Below are positions 1 to 9,218 of a stretch of DNA of 64,000 bases, piece by piece. The stretch comes from a virus (taxonomy: Duplodnaviria; Heunggongvirae; Uroviricota; Caudoviricetes): IMG/VR virus record IMGVR_UViG_3300047388_000185, positions 738 through 64,737 of that record. One strand, given 5' to 3'. Positions within the stretch are counted from its first letter, which is position 1; every line of letters begins with the position of its first letter. Position numbers and translations under genes: made by a program. The notes under the pieces are model-generated. The model saw nothing but the letters and a program-made list of their open reading frames with translations. It ran no database searches and was not told where the DNA came from.

Positions 1-179
1 GCATTACCGGTTGCCGACACTGGAGTGGTATTGAGATAGAGACTCGTCCCATATGAATCAAACGCCTCGAACGTCCAAGTTGACAGCGTCACATCTATGT
101 CGACACCGAAGTCAGTGGTCATGAGGAAGGTATATACAGGTGGAAAGCCTGGGGTATAGTCTAGGTTTAGGTATTTCAT
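1..179 (-). CDS. Partial hypothetical protein running off the window edge (MKYLNLDYTPGFPPVY...)
   Basis: ATG at 179, 2 nt after the stop of 182..718; the frame is open to position 1; translated by hand. Confidence 0.6.
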   Translation of the reverse strand, partial: MKYLNLDYTPGFPPVYTFLMTTDFGVDIDVTLSTWTFEAFDSYGTSLYLNTTPVSATGN

Positions 180-181
180 AA

Positions 182-718
182 TCAAGCGGCTGGTACATCA
201 CCTGTCGGAAGTCCGGCATTGAACTTCTGCGGGACAAGAGTGTGACCGAATTCTGAACGCACTTGAGCATCAAAAGCACACTTATCATACTCAACGAAAT
301 AGAATGACTCGTACTGGCGTGGATTAGCTTGGATTTCTACAACTGAATCCTTACTCCAGCCAAATGATGCTGCCGGTAGGGAATAGTCTTTGGGGTCAAC
401 AAAGTTAGCAGGTACTCTCGTTTCAACTTTATCTTTGTCGATCAAGTATACGTCCAATGCCACCGGGTGACATTTTCTGGCGAAATGAGGTTCGATCCCC
501 GTATACATTCTATGAGACTGAACTTCCAGAACTGTTATATTGGCATCGGCAACAGCCGGGATCGTTTCTGAAAAATAATTCCAGACGTTGACTGCTCCGA
601 TGACACATAGGAAAATCGGTGTATATTTGAGCGCTGGATGTAAGTCCTTAGTAGGACGACTGATAGCAACTACGCCCGCTAGGAAAGCGAAGCCTCCGAT
701 GACTGCTTCTAGAAGCAT
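182..718 (-). CDS. Membrane-anchored protein in the lysis cassette
   Basis: Two N-terminal hydrophobic segments; start overlaps the holin-like gene stop. Confidence 0.55.
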   Translation of the reverse strand: MLLEAVIGGFAFLAGVVAISRPTKDLHPALKYTPIFLCVIGAVNVWNYFSETIPAVADANITVLEVQSHRMYTGIEPHFARKCHPVALDVYLIDKDKVETRVPANFVDPKDYSLPAASFGWSKDSVVEIQANPRQYESFYFVEYDKCAFDAQVRSEFGHTLVPQKFNAGLPTGDVPAA

Positions 719-1137
719 TACTTGTTTCCTCCAAAAATAGCGGCTAGCTTGTCTCCGATGGCGCTGACGACCTTATCTTTGACAATACCCCACTTGTTAT
801 TAGTCCAACCGATGACGAATGAGACGACACTGAGTAGAGCGTATGGTGTCAAACCGTAATCCTTAGGGATAACGCTGACCACTACTTGATCCAAGATTTC
901 CGCAAATACAAAGCTGAGAACAACACCCCGGAAAATAACTTTCGTAGCCATCCAGGCAGATTCCCAGGCAGATGTGGAATGTGTCAAGTCATCTTGATCT
1001 ATAAGAGATACAAGTGTTCCCAGCAATCCCATCCCGATGATGATTGCAAATTCACCTACCAGAGGACCCAGTAGATATGTCGCTAGCGTAGAGATACTCG
1101 CTCCCGCGACGAGGGCTGTTGAGGTAGGTTCTGCCAT
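718..1137 (-). CDS. Putative holin
   Basis: 139 aa with 3-4 hydrophobic segments and a basic C-terminus; directly downstream of the lysozyme. Confidence 0.6.
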   Translation of the reverse strand: MAEPTSTALVAGASISTLATYLLGPLVGEFAIIIGMGLLGTLVSLIDQDDLTHSTSAWESAWMATKVIFRGVVLSFVFAEILDQVVVSVIPKDYGLTPYALLSVVSFVIGWTNNKWGIVKDKVVSAIGDKLAAIFGGNK

Positions 1138-1159
1138 GGCTTCTATTTTAGAGTTAGGG

Positions 1160-1627
1160 TTACTCGGCGGTTAAAAACAAAGTCCGTTCTTTTAGACGAC
1201 GATTTAAAAGACCTTGTAATACATGGCCTTCTGCTACATCCCACTTGGGAAATTCATCTGCAGCACCTTGTACATCCCCTACATTCAACTTCTTTGCAAG
1301 AGTAGATCCAGCTAAACCCCCGACACCTTCATTATATTCAAACGATAGTAGGGCAGCGTATTGATTTGAATTGATCACATCTGAACCATGAAACGTCTTG
1401 AGAATACCTGGGAAAAACTCCGTCTCTAGCTTGTAGGAAAGTAGATCAAGAGCTTCCTGTTCCGAAATCGACGAATCACTCATTGTCACCCTCGTACCAT
1501 CTCGGTAGTACGTCGTCCCATATCCGATGGTTGGAACCTTGACACTATCAAGGTAAGGCGCAGGCTCAAACCCCTCACAACTTTTAATGAGCACAGTGGC
1601 TAGTGTTAGAATCTTATTTTTATCCAT
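1160..1627 (-). CDS. Endolysin, GH24 phage lysozyme
   Basis: E-x8-D-x5-T triad in CEGFEPAPYLDSVKVPTIGYG; ALLSFEYNEG and GLLNRRLKERTLF motifs. Confidence 0.92.
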   Translation of the reverse strand: MDKNKILTLATVLIKSCEGFEPAPYLDSVKVPTIGYGTTYYRDGTRVTMSDSSISEQEALDLLSYKLETEFFPGILKTFHGSDVINSNQYAALLSFEYNEGVGGLAGSTLAKKLNVGDVQGAADEFPKWDVAEGHVLQGLLNRRLKERTLFLTAE

Positions 1628-1630
1628 GAC

Positions 1631-3163
1631 TTAGGTCCCCCGTACTTCAATGACCAACGTAATGTCTCGTGTTCCGCCGCCATTCTGGCCGATATTGACA
1701 GTGCAGCCAGTTAGGCTAGACGTGACAACGGAGGCATCTACAAAGTTGGAGGCGCCGAGACTGGCCAGATTAGCATCGAAGACTTGAATGCGCGGCTTAC
1801 CAGCACCCGTAGAAAAAGCAACTGGATAAGTAATGGTGACAATACCGCCGCCAGCCGCTGCCTCAAACTGTTCAAACCACTGTTCGATGATACCACTAGA
1901 TACGTGAGTTTTAGTTCCTGCCGTTGCGTTCCCAGTGAAGACGATTGAATTACGGACAAAAGCTGTCGTAGCAAGCTGAGTGGTGTTCGTACCATTCGCA
2001 GCTGTAGGTGCAGCGGGTACTCCTGTGAAGGTAGGGCTTGCCAGTGGAGCATAAACCGTTAAGTTCGGTGTCCCACTCACGTTGGCATAAGGTACGGTAC
2101 CTACTGCTAGGATGCCGGCATCCCAACGCCAGTCCCAGGTAGTATCTGAGACGGAATAGACACCGCTGGACTTGGCGGTCGTAGAAGCCAACAGGGCTTG
2201 ACTATGGAAGGCGCCAGAGAAGTTGAAACCGGCATATCCCCCGTTGACCGCTGCTACTGTGTAGCTACCGATACTAGAAGTTGTCGACGCAACGTAATTT
2301 AGGGGATAGTTATTCCAGGTCGCACCATCATACATCTGGAAGCTACCGACGTTTAGACGTTTGTCCCCGTTGAGGTAGTTGATCGTCGAAGTAACGAATG
2401 TTGGATCTAATAATTGTCGTTGCTGAGTTGCATTAACAGAAACATTAGTGCCCACGTGTCGATAAACACTATATGTATCTGAACTTCCAGGGGCACCTGA
2501 AAGAGCAGCATGTAATGTAATCGTACTTGACGTCATCGAAGAGATAAATCGGGCAGTTCCTTTTTGGGCTCCTGAAGTGAACTGTAAGATGTATACGAGG
2601 CTACCTTGATCCGGAAGTACAGTCGTAGCAGTGGCGACGTTAATCACAGTGGTCGTTGCACCTGCACCGGCTGTACTCGTGTAAATAATGGCAGGATAAC
2701 CTACGAAGGACCAGATATCCAGTACTGTATTGGCTACTGCAGTAATAGTTGCGTTACTAGGTCCATTGTCTCCTAGGACATATGAATTGCCATCCATCGT
2801 CGAAGGTAAGGCAAGCGACGAAAGACCGGTGAGCGGAACCATTCTATCTGTCAGTCTAGCAAAGCTAGAAAAATCAGCGGCCGTTGCTCGTTGCCCTACA
2901 GTTGTAACTGCAGCGGTGAATGCATGAGCCGTAGTTCCCTGTTGAGCTCGGGTAACTGTAAAAGTAGAACCAGAGACGGCTGTGACCTTGACGATCTCGA
3001 TATTGACCGTGTCAAACAGAGTTACATAGAAAAACTGTCCGGCTGAAAGAGAAGTAGGAAACAATGAGGGATCAGCGACGGTGAAGCTGACAGAAGACGT
3101 AGTAATAGTCGACCCTAATGTGGTCCGACCATTATTAACGTAGAGGGTTTGAGATTTTGCCAT
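1631..3163 (-). CDS. Tail fibre protein
   Basis: SPTFTGVPAAPTAANGTNTTQLATTAFV fibre motif; C-terminal GIIEQW..TITYPVAF receptor-binding-like domain. Confidence 0.8.
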   Translation of the reverse strand: MAKSQTLYVNNGRTTLGSTITTSSVSFTVADPSLFPTSLSAGQFFYVTLFDTVNIEIVKVTAVSGSTFTVTRAQQGTTAHAFTAAVTTVGQRATAADFSSFARLTDRMVPLTGLSSLALPSTMDGNSYVLGDNGPSNATITAVANTVLDIWSFVGYPAIIYTSTAGAGATTTVINVATATTVLPDQGSLVYILQFTSGAQKGTARFISSMTSSTITLHAALSGAPGSSDTYSVYRHVGTNVSVNATQQRQLLDPTFVTSTINYLNGDKRLNVGSFQMYDGATWNNYPLNYVASTTSSIGSYTVAAVNGGYAGFNFSGAFHSQALLASTTAKSSGVYSVSDTTWDWRWDAGILAVGTVPYANVSGTPNLTVYAPLASPTFTGVPAAPTAANGTNTTQLATTAFVRNSIVFTGNATAGTKTHVSSGIIEQWFEQFEAAAGGGIVTITYPVAFSTGAGKPRIQVFDANLASLGASNFVDASVVTSSLTGCTVNIGQNGGGTRDITLVIEVRGT

Positions 3164-3166
3164 GGA

Positions 3167-3526
3167 TTAAAGAGGATAGGTTTGTGACGAAGGGGCCGTG
3201 AAATTCAGATAATCGTTTCTAAAGGCCTGGCAATTTGAGACGAAGGTAGGAGCAACAGTTGAAAAATCAACATTGACGTCTAAGTCCTTTTGTCCAAATG
3301 TTTGCTTTACATACTTATTTCCAAATACGGGAATAGTCGTACCTGTATAGGTTTGAAAACGCTGGTAGTCAGAGAGAGCACAGACGGCAAAGAAAGTACC
3401 AGGTTGCCCATTATCATTTTCGTAGAGGAAAATATCTGATGGAATATCCGCACCAGAGTTTACGGTGCAGGTGATACTTCTAGTAGTACCGTTTACTACC
3501 GTGTTAATTGTTACAGTCGCAGTCAT
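3167..3526 (-). CDS. Hypothetical virion protein
   Basis: Tightly packed ORF in the baseplate/fibre operon. Confidence 0.6.
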   Translation of the reverse strand: MTATVTINTVVNGTTRSITCTVNSGADIPSDIFLYENDNGQPGTFFAVCALSDYQRFQTYTGTTIPVFGNKYVKQTFGQKDLDVNVDFSTVAPTFVSNCQAFRNDYLNFTAPSSQTYPL

Positions 3527-3535
3527 TCTTTATCC

Positions 3536-4051
3536 TTAAACGACACTGATCGTCCATTGAAAATTCACGGAGAAACTCCACGTCTTCTGAATGCCAGGGA
3601 AGACTTTGATATTGAACATCTGATCATTGCCGGAGAAGAATCCAGCTTCGTTAATAAACGAACCATTAGCCTGAGAATTATCAAGATTGGCAATGAGAGT
3701 GATAGATGGGACACTCAAATCCTGACTCACCTTTGTGATACCCACCCTAGTCAACGGGGAATACAGATCTGTCAGTGAGACAATCGGAGTCTTGAGCAGC
3801 GAACCGTCTCCTCCTGGAGGAGGATTAGTTGATCCGCCTGTCCCGACTTTGGCATAGGTCAAAGAGTCGTTCAGGGAATACGTATATAGGCTCAGTAATG
3901 CAATTTGTTTACCAGTAGCGACAATAAGATTGTCATCTTCGTAGTGCAAATGTTGATTACCGTCTTGACCAACGATATAGATGGCAACCCGACCGTGATA
4001 TCCAAACTTACCCGAGTCTTCGACAGTTACATTATCCAATTTCTTGTCCAT
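3536..4051 (-). CDS. Baseplate/tail-collar protein (start probably MDKKLDN at 4051)
   Basis: DNLIVATGK..KVGTGG..ANGSFINEAGFF pattern typical of fibre-attachment baseplate proteins. Confidence 0.65.
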   Translation of the reverse strand: MDKKLDNVTVEDSGKFGYHGRVAIYIVGQDGNQHLHYEDDNLIVATGKQIALLSLYTYSLNDSLTYAKVGTGGSTNPPPGGDGSLLKTPIVSLTDLYSPLTRVGITKVSQDLSVPSITLIANLDNSQANGSFINEAGFFSGNDQMFNIKVFPGIQKTWSFSVNFQWTISVV

Positions 4052-5270
4052 TGATTTCATTGAAGTTAATCTCAAGTAAAGATCCTGCGATCTGTGGCCC
4101 GATTGTGAAGTTGCTTTCTTGTAGGCCGTACGAATCGTTCGTCCCAGTATTTACATCGATAGTCCAAGTATAGACTGGTTGAGTGTAGGAGGGCTTGGCC
4201 TTGATGATAACTTCAGCCAGTTTATCAAAGATGTTCGTATTCTGAAAAGTTCCAACATTGATCTTCACCAGGAATGCATGCGGATATAGATACGTATTCA
4301 TGATATGCCAGAACGTCGAGTTTGGCGCAGCAAATCTATTTGACTGACTCGGTGGCTGAAGAGGAATCAAACTACTTGGAATACTGAGACCGGTCCACCA
4401 CGCTCCATTTGATTCGTAGTCCTCGATTTGAATGGCCAATCCTAAGAGATCCCCTGGGATCAATGTTTGTCCAATCACCACGGACGTAGGAATTCCAGCC
4501 GGAAGTAAGTATTGATTTTGATCAGTTAGTACTAAATATTGATTGGAGTCAAGATAGTTACGGACATCGATAACGCGTTCACTTGCCCTTGCAAGGGGGA
4601 TACCTAAGACAAGATTCGCACCCTTCTGCATGTTGGAAAGGGTCGGACCATTGTTGTAAAGATAGTAGAGACCGTAGATAAAATTAGAGAAGATGTCGGA
4701 CGAATTGGATAAATCTTCACCGATAAGATTCCCATAGTACCGAGACATAAGCTTCTCATCGATAATCGCATCAACGAGCCACACTGCGTATTGAGTCGTA
4801 CCATCTGAAAGGACACGTTGGGAAAACGCCGATAACGGATCTGTGAGAGGACGAGCAAGACGTAGAGTGGTCGAAGTCAGACCCTGTTCTATTTCAAATC
4901 CAATACCATTTTCTAACGTAACCGTGGGGAAAAGAGGGGAATTCGCAACATACGCTGCTGATGTGATGAATTGATCAATGGTGTATGTCGTAGCATCGAT
5001 CTGATTTTCGGGGCTTAAAAACACCAGTTTCAATGCAACGCCAAGGGTTGTCTGGATAGTCTCCAGAGATAGAGTCGAAGTGAGTTGGAGAAACTTACTG
5101 TAGATCTCGGATGCAACCATTGCATTGCATTCCAGCATAAGATTGACTTGGTCCTGATCTTCAAAGATATAGGTGAAGAAATCAGAGATTCCCATCAAAT
5201 AGGTCATACTCCGACTTGACTTGCCGACGTCAGCTCCCCCAGTTGTAAAAAGAGAAATCGGAGTAGTCAT
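4032..5270 (-). CDS. Baseplate wedge protein (start probably MTTPISL at 5270)
   Basis: Follows the baseplate-J-like gene; ends with IIKAKPSYT, the wedge-type KP-x motif. Confidence 0.6.
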   Translation of the reverse strand: MTTPISLFTTGGADVGKSSRSMTYLMGISDFFTYIFEDQDQVNLMLECNAMVASEIYSKFLQLTSTLSLETIQTTLGVALKLVFLSPENQIDATTYTIDQFITSAAYVANSPLFPTVTLENGIGFEIEQGLTSTTLRLARPLTDPLSAFSQRVLSDGTTQYAVWLVDAIIDEKLMSRYYGNLIGEDLSNSSDIFSNFIYGLYYLYNNGPTLSNMQKGANLVLGIPLARASERVIDVRNYLDSNQYLVLTDQNQYLLPAGIPTSVVIGQTLIPGDLLGLAIQIEDYESNGAWWTGLSIPSSLIPLQPPSQSNRFAAPNSTFWHIMNTYLYPHAFLVKINVGTFQNTNIFDKLAEVIIKAKPSYTQPVYTWTIDVNTGTNDSYGLQESNFTIGPQIAGSLLEINFNEINGQEIG

Positions 5271-7228
5271 TACAGATAGACCTGGGACATCGTAACATTT
5301 CCAAGCAGGAATACACAAAGACCTGAGCTAACTCGAAGTACATCAGTTACTGTACTGGAGATTGGAGTGAAAAGATCCTTGGTGTATAGGTGATACGAGA
5401 TACTAGAGGCAGTTGCCAGGGACGTGATACCACTTCCATTTAGAGCCGCCATCAAATCAGAAACGATAAGATCCACACCCGGGGTTAATCCGGTCAAATA
5501 TGGAGTTAGTATTGAGGAAACAGCCCCTGTTGTAGGCATAGGATTTTCGTAGGAAAACAGGGTCAGATCAAGAACATAGATATCATAACCTCGAGCCAAT
5601 AAGTTTCCACAGAGGACTCTATTCTCTGCAAGACTCAAATACGTCTGAATATTTGCAACCTTATCAAAACTAGAGGCCGCAACGGTAACAATACCATTTG
5701 CTGATCCGCCTCCGAAATCGATCGTTAGAATTTGAGACTCAGAAAATCCAGTATCCAATCTAGGATCTACATATGTCAAAACCGAGTTTGTACCAGAGAT
5801 AGAATAGATCGGTTGATAACTATTACCTAATAGAACTGTATTACCATCCGGAACACCTGATACTGCAAAGGTGGTAGTTGTACCATTAGTAGGGAAATTA
5901 CTAAGTTGTACTAGACGACCGATAGTCAATGGATGATTTTTAATTACAACGGTGACAATGTGAGTAGAAGAATCTTGACTAATAGTAATATCACCACGAC
6001 TTGCATACCCTGCAAAACTTGTCGTGAAGGAAGTAGGATAAGTAACCGTATCCCCAACAGTACCGTTTATCTGACTGATTGAATAGACGGGCCCGGGAAT
6101 ATGAGCTCGACCGGACACGTCCAAGTGAAGGGTGATCGGGTTACTTACGACCGTATCTCCGACGTAGACATCTACCATGCCCCCGGCATGTACGTAGGAA
6201 TCTGGATCAATAGAATATAGAGAGAACTGATTTAAAGTTCTGGAACCGGTTGAGAATCCAAGGTTGACGATGAAGTTATTGGCATCAACAATACTGGCGA
6301 TACTAGCAGATTGAAGTACTAAACCTCCGGTTCCAGATTCAACAGCATTGATTGTCTGGCCGACAATATATGCATGGCTAGTAACACCCATTTGAATTTG
6401 AGTATTCGAATTTACTAAAACAGCACTAGTTGTGAACTTTGTCGGACCCTGATTTCCTCGCACATAGATTTGATCCCTGTGCATATACTGGTTACCGGCT
6501 CCGACAGAAATCAGCCGATCCACGTAGTTGAAATTCGAAGTGATATTATATTCGATCGATGGCGTATTGATCAGATTACGGGAACTGATAGCCGATTTGC
6601 CACGGGTAATGAACTGAGTATTCGTTTCAGCTGCTGTCGAAGTTTGACTGAGGTAATTTATTTCACCGTGAAGGAAGAACGGATCAAAGTTTGAGAAGTA
6701 GAGCAAACTGCCCGATGAGATGTTATAGTCCGTGCCCTTAGCTGCAGCGATAAGGTCTACGTCAATGTAGTACTCATCTTGGTACTGATCATACGACATG
6801 GCATTGGCCGGCAGAGATACGGCAGAGACTGGAAAGAATAACAGCGTTCCATCTGTTGAAAAGCTTGTAGTCGTTGAAATTGTAATGGCTTTATTTCTAG
6901 CGAAGAATAATCGCGCATTGATAACTGCAAAAGTGCCTTCATTTCGGGTTAGAAACAGATTACTCATCAAACCATCGACGAGACTAGTTGAGGTATTGTC
7001 ATCCACCCCCGCTATAGTATTCTGAGAGAAGTAGTAGTCCAAGCCCTTTTTACAGATGGCCAGAATGAAAGCCGATGGACGAATGACGAGATCTCGAACT
7101 CCGGTGCCTTCTCGAAGATCCAAATCTGGGAACTGAGCCGCAAGGATTTGCCGAGCCAATAGCTCCGCTTCGAGAATGTCTTGTTGATCCGGCTCTATGC
7201 CGGCGATAACACTATACAGGTCCGCCAT
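5270..7228 (-). CDS. Baseplate J / gp6-like wedge protein
   Basis: DLREGTGVRDLVIRP, AAAKGTDYNI and AETNTQFITR motifs; lies downstream of the gp25-like gene. Confidence 0.75.
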   Translation of the reverse strand: MADLYSVIAGIEPDQQDILEAELLARQILAAQFPDLDLREGTGVRDLVIRPSAFILAICKKGLDYYFSQNTIAGVDDNTSTSLVDGLMSNLFLTRNEGTFAVINARLFFARNKAITISTTTSFSTDGTLLFFPVSAVSLPANAMSYDQYQDEYYIDVDLIAAAKGTDYNISSGSLLYFSNFDPFFLHGEINYLSQTSTAAETNTQFITRGKSAISSRNLINTPSIEYNITSNFNYVDRLISVGAGNQYMHRDQIYVRGNQGPTKFTTSAVLVNSNTQIQMGVTSHAYIVGQTINAVESGTGGLVLQSASIASIVDANNFIVNLGFSTGSRTLNQFSLYSIDPDSYVHAGGMVDVYVGDTVVSNPITLHLDVSGRAHIPGPVYSISQINGTVGDTVTYPTSFTTSFAGYASRGDITISQDSSTHIVTVVIKNHPLTIGRLVQLSNFPTNGTTTTFAVSGVPDGNTVLLGNSYQPIYSISGTNSVLTYVDPRLDTGFSESQILTIDFGGGSANGIVTVAASSFDKVANIQTYLSLAENRVLCGNLLARGYDIYVLDLTLFSYENPMPTTGAVSSILTPYLTGLTPGVDLIVSDLMAALNGSGITSLATASSISYHLYTKDLFTPISSTVTDVLRVSSGLCVFLLGNVTMSQVYL

Positions 7229-7263
7229 GGCCGTAGTTTAGGCCCCTTCTGGCGAGTTGTCAA
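7223..7263 (-). promoter_or_regulatory. Sigma70-type promoter TTGACA-N17-TAAACT-N6-ATG (leaderless)
   Basis: Minus strand reads TTGACA actcgccagaaggggcc TAAACT acggcc ATG. Confidence 0.75.
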
Positions 7264-7754
7264 GCTGTTAGACCAAACTCTGGGAAGGGAACAGCAATAG
7301 ATGCAGTAACCCCATTGGAAGTCGTCAGAGAAACGTATAGCGTCAGAGAATCAGCGATCTTATCCAGGCCTAGAATCGTGACTCTATCTAGGCAAGAAGA
7401 CAGATCTGAATTTTGAAAGTTCAGCCCAGATTTCACTTGGCTTTCTGCATCCTTAATAGCGTCAGTAATTGTCTGAACGTAGACTGAATCATTAACGCTT
7501 TGGTTTGCTCCAACTGTCAATCCGGAAAAAGCCGTACCTTTGGATGGATAAAAAGGATCGGATCCCTTGGAAGTCAGCAACGTCTTCATGAAGACTTGAG
7601 CTACTTTCTGTAGCCCAGTAATCTTCATCGGAGTATCATATAGTCCAAAAGTAATTTGTCCCTCTGGAAACGTACCGACAAACTTAACGAAGAGTAGATC
7701 ATAGGACCCCCCTACTTGAAGATTTGTTGCGGTGCCGATACGTGTAGTTGTCAT
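7260..7754 (-). CDS. gp25-like baseplate wedge protein
   Basis: ITGLQKVAQVFMKTLLTSKGSDPFYPSKGT motif; position in the baseplate operon. Confidence 0.7.
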   Translation of the reverse strand: MTTTRIGTATNLQVGGSYDLLFVKFVGTFPEGQITFGLYDTPMKITGLQKVAQVFMKTLLTSKGSDPFYPSKGTAFSGLTVGANQSVNDSVYVQTITDAIKDAESQVKSGLNFQNSDLSSCLDRVTILGLDKIADSLTLYVSLTTSNGVTASIAVPFPEFGLTA

Positions 7755-7763
7755 GGCGATAGT

Positions 7764-8141
7764 TTAGGCCTGTGAGCCAGTAGTCGATGAGCCGCTTAGA
7801 ACACCAACTTGATAAGTGGCAGTATCAGAGTAAATCTGGGCTTCCGATGATGCTTCCCCTGCAGCAGAAGACATGAGTTGAGTCTTGGTTAATCGGCTGA
7901 GATCTAACTCCCGCTGAATAGCCGCAAAGTCAGATAGGGCTTCAATACCTAACCCCACTGCAAAACTACCACCCTGCTGGGCAGAGGCACGAACGTAAGT
8001 AAGCAAGTCCTCATACTTAAGTGTACCATCCAGGGTCGAAATATCAACTTCCACGCCAGTACTGTTTAAATACTCAGCCATTCCTTTATAGAATGCAGCA
8101 ACAGCTCCGGAGCCCGTTTGAACTTCTGAGATTACAGTCAT
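7764..8141 (-). CDS. Hypothetical protein
   Basis: ORF coupled to the sigma factor stop; its TAA is part of the next gene's -10 box. Confidence 0.6.
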   Translation of the reverse strand: MTVISEVQTGSGAVAAFYKGMAEYLNSTGVEVDISTLDGTLKYEDLLTYVRASAQQGGSFAVGLGIEALSDFAAIQRELDLSRLTKTQLMSSAAGEASSEAQIYSDTATYQVGVLSGSSTTGSQA

Positions 8142-9031
8142 TCGTATCCTACTTCTTCTTGGAGCTTCTTAATCTTGGCCCAGAGTTTACGCTGCTCATA
8201 GTTCAAGCGATTAATATCAAAACCTAATTTTTTAGCCAATTCAGGAGCTGGAATTGTGCCTTTAAGTTCAGCGATCATTCTCTCCTGGGGGGTCAGCCGA
8301 TTCATAATCTCTTGGAAGAGCATATTCGAATCGCTGTACTCGGACATCTGAGATGCGTTCTCGGAGCCACTCTCGATCAGATCTGAGAACAGGCGACCCT
8401 TGAACTTGACCGTATAACCTTTACTCCAACCAAGATGCTTAGCCAGTTCTTCATCTGATGGATCCCTACCAAGATCATTTTCCAGATTGGCCTTAGCCTT
8501 GGAATACTCCCGATACTGACGTTGTTGGTTTTCAGGTAATCGAGCCGCGTTTTGATGTTTATAGTTGAGTCTGCGAACTTTTGGCAGGTAATTCATAACG
8601 TGTGTGCTTAGCGCAAAACCCTTGCTCGGATCAAATGTCTTGATAGCCTTCATTGTCCAAATCTTTGCTTCAGCAGCTAGAGCAGCCTTGGGTAAAGTTC
8701 CGGACTGGCGTTGTACCTCTGAGTAGATGAGGGGAGACAGGTGCTTCATTAAAGCGGTCATGTTCGGCCCAGTCTTATTTTGAGCCCATTGATCATACAA
8801 AACTTTATCCTTGGCTCGGTAGTCTGGCTTTTCGGCCACTTCAGGGGCCGGCCCAGGAGTTTCATCTACGGGCATTTCCGAGGCATAGTCTTCCATTCCC
8901 GCTAACTCGGGGTTAGCCAGATCAAGTTCAGGGTCTGCTACGACCCCAAAATCTCCCCCAAGAGGGCCATGTGAAGGGACATACGGATGCAGAACGGGAT
9001 CTGCCTTCTTTTCAAACGGCATAGATTGCAT
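8138..9031 (-). CDS. Phage-encoded sigma70-family (FliA/SigF-like) sigma factor
   Basis: Region 2 KAIKTFDPSKGFALSTH, region 3 LGRDPSDEELAKHLG, region 4 RLTPQER..ELAKKLG. Confidence 0.85.
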   Translation of the reverse strand: MQSMPFEKKADPVLHPYVPSHGPLGGDFGVVADPELDLANPELAGMEDYASEMPVDETPGPAPEVAEKPDYRAKDKVLYDQWAQNKTGPNMTALMKHLSPLIYSEVQRQSGTLPKAALAAEAKIWTMKAIKTFDPSKGFALSTHVMNYLPKVRRLNYKHQNAARLPENQQRQYREYSKAKANLENDLGRDPSDEELAKHLGWSKGYTVKFKGRLFSDLIESGSENASQMSEYSDSNMLFQEIMNRLTPQERMIAELKGTIPAPELAKKLGFDINRLNYEQRKLWAKIKKLQEEVGYE

Positions 9032-9218
9032 AATTGGATACGGTCATGTTGACATAAGAGATCATGAAAGCCTGGAGTTTTTCGCTGAACTGTTGATTGA
9101 CGAAACAGTTGGGAGCTGAACTATCTTTAGCCATAACTCCAGCCTCCCTCATGTTAGTCGGAATGGACTGAACAGCTGGGAGACCAGAATAGGCGCTGAG
9201 GACAGTAGGAGTAGTCAT
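9012..9218 (-). CDS. Small hypothetical protein
   Basis: Overlaps both neighbours, consistent with translational coupling. Confidence 0.5.
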   Translation of the reverse strand: MTTPTVLSAYSGLPAVQSIPTNMREAGVMAKDSSAPNCFVNQQFSEKLQAFMISYVNMTVSNYAIYAV

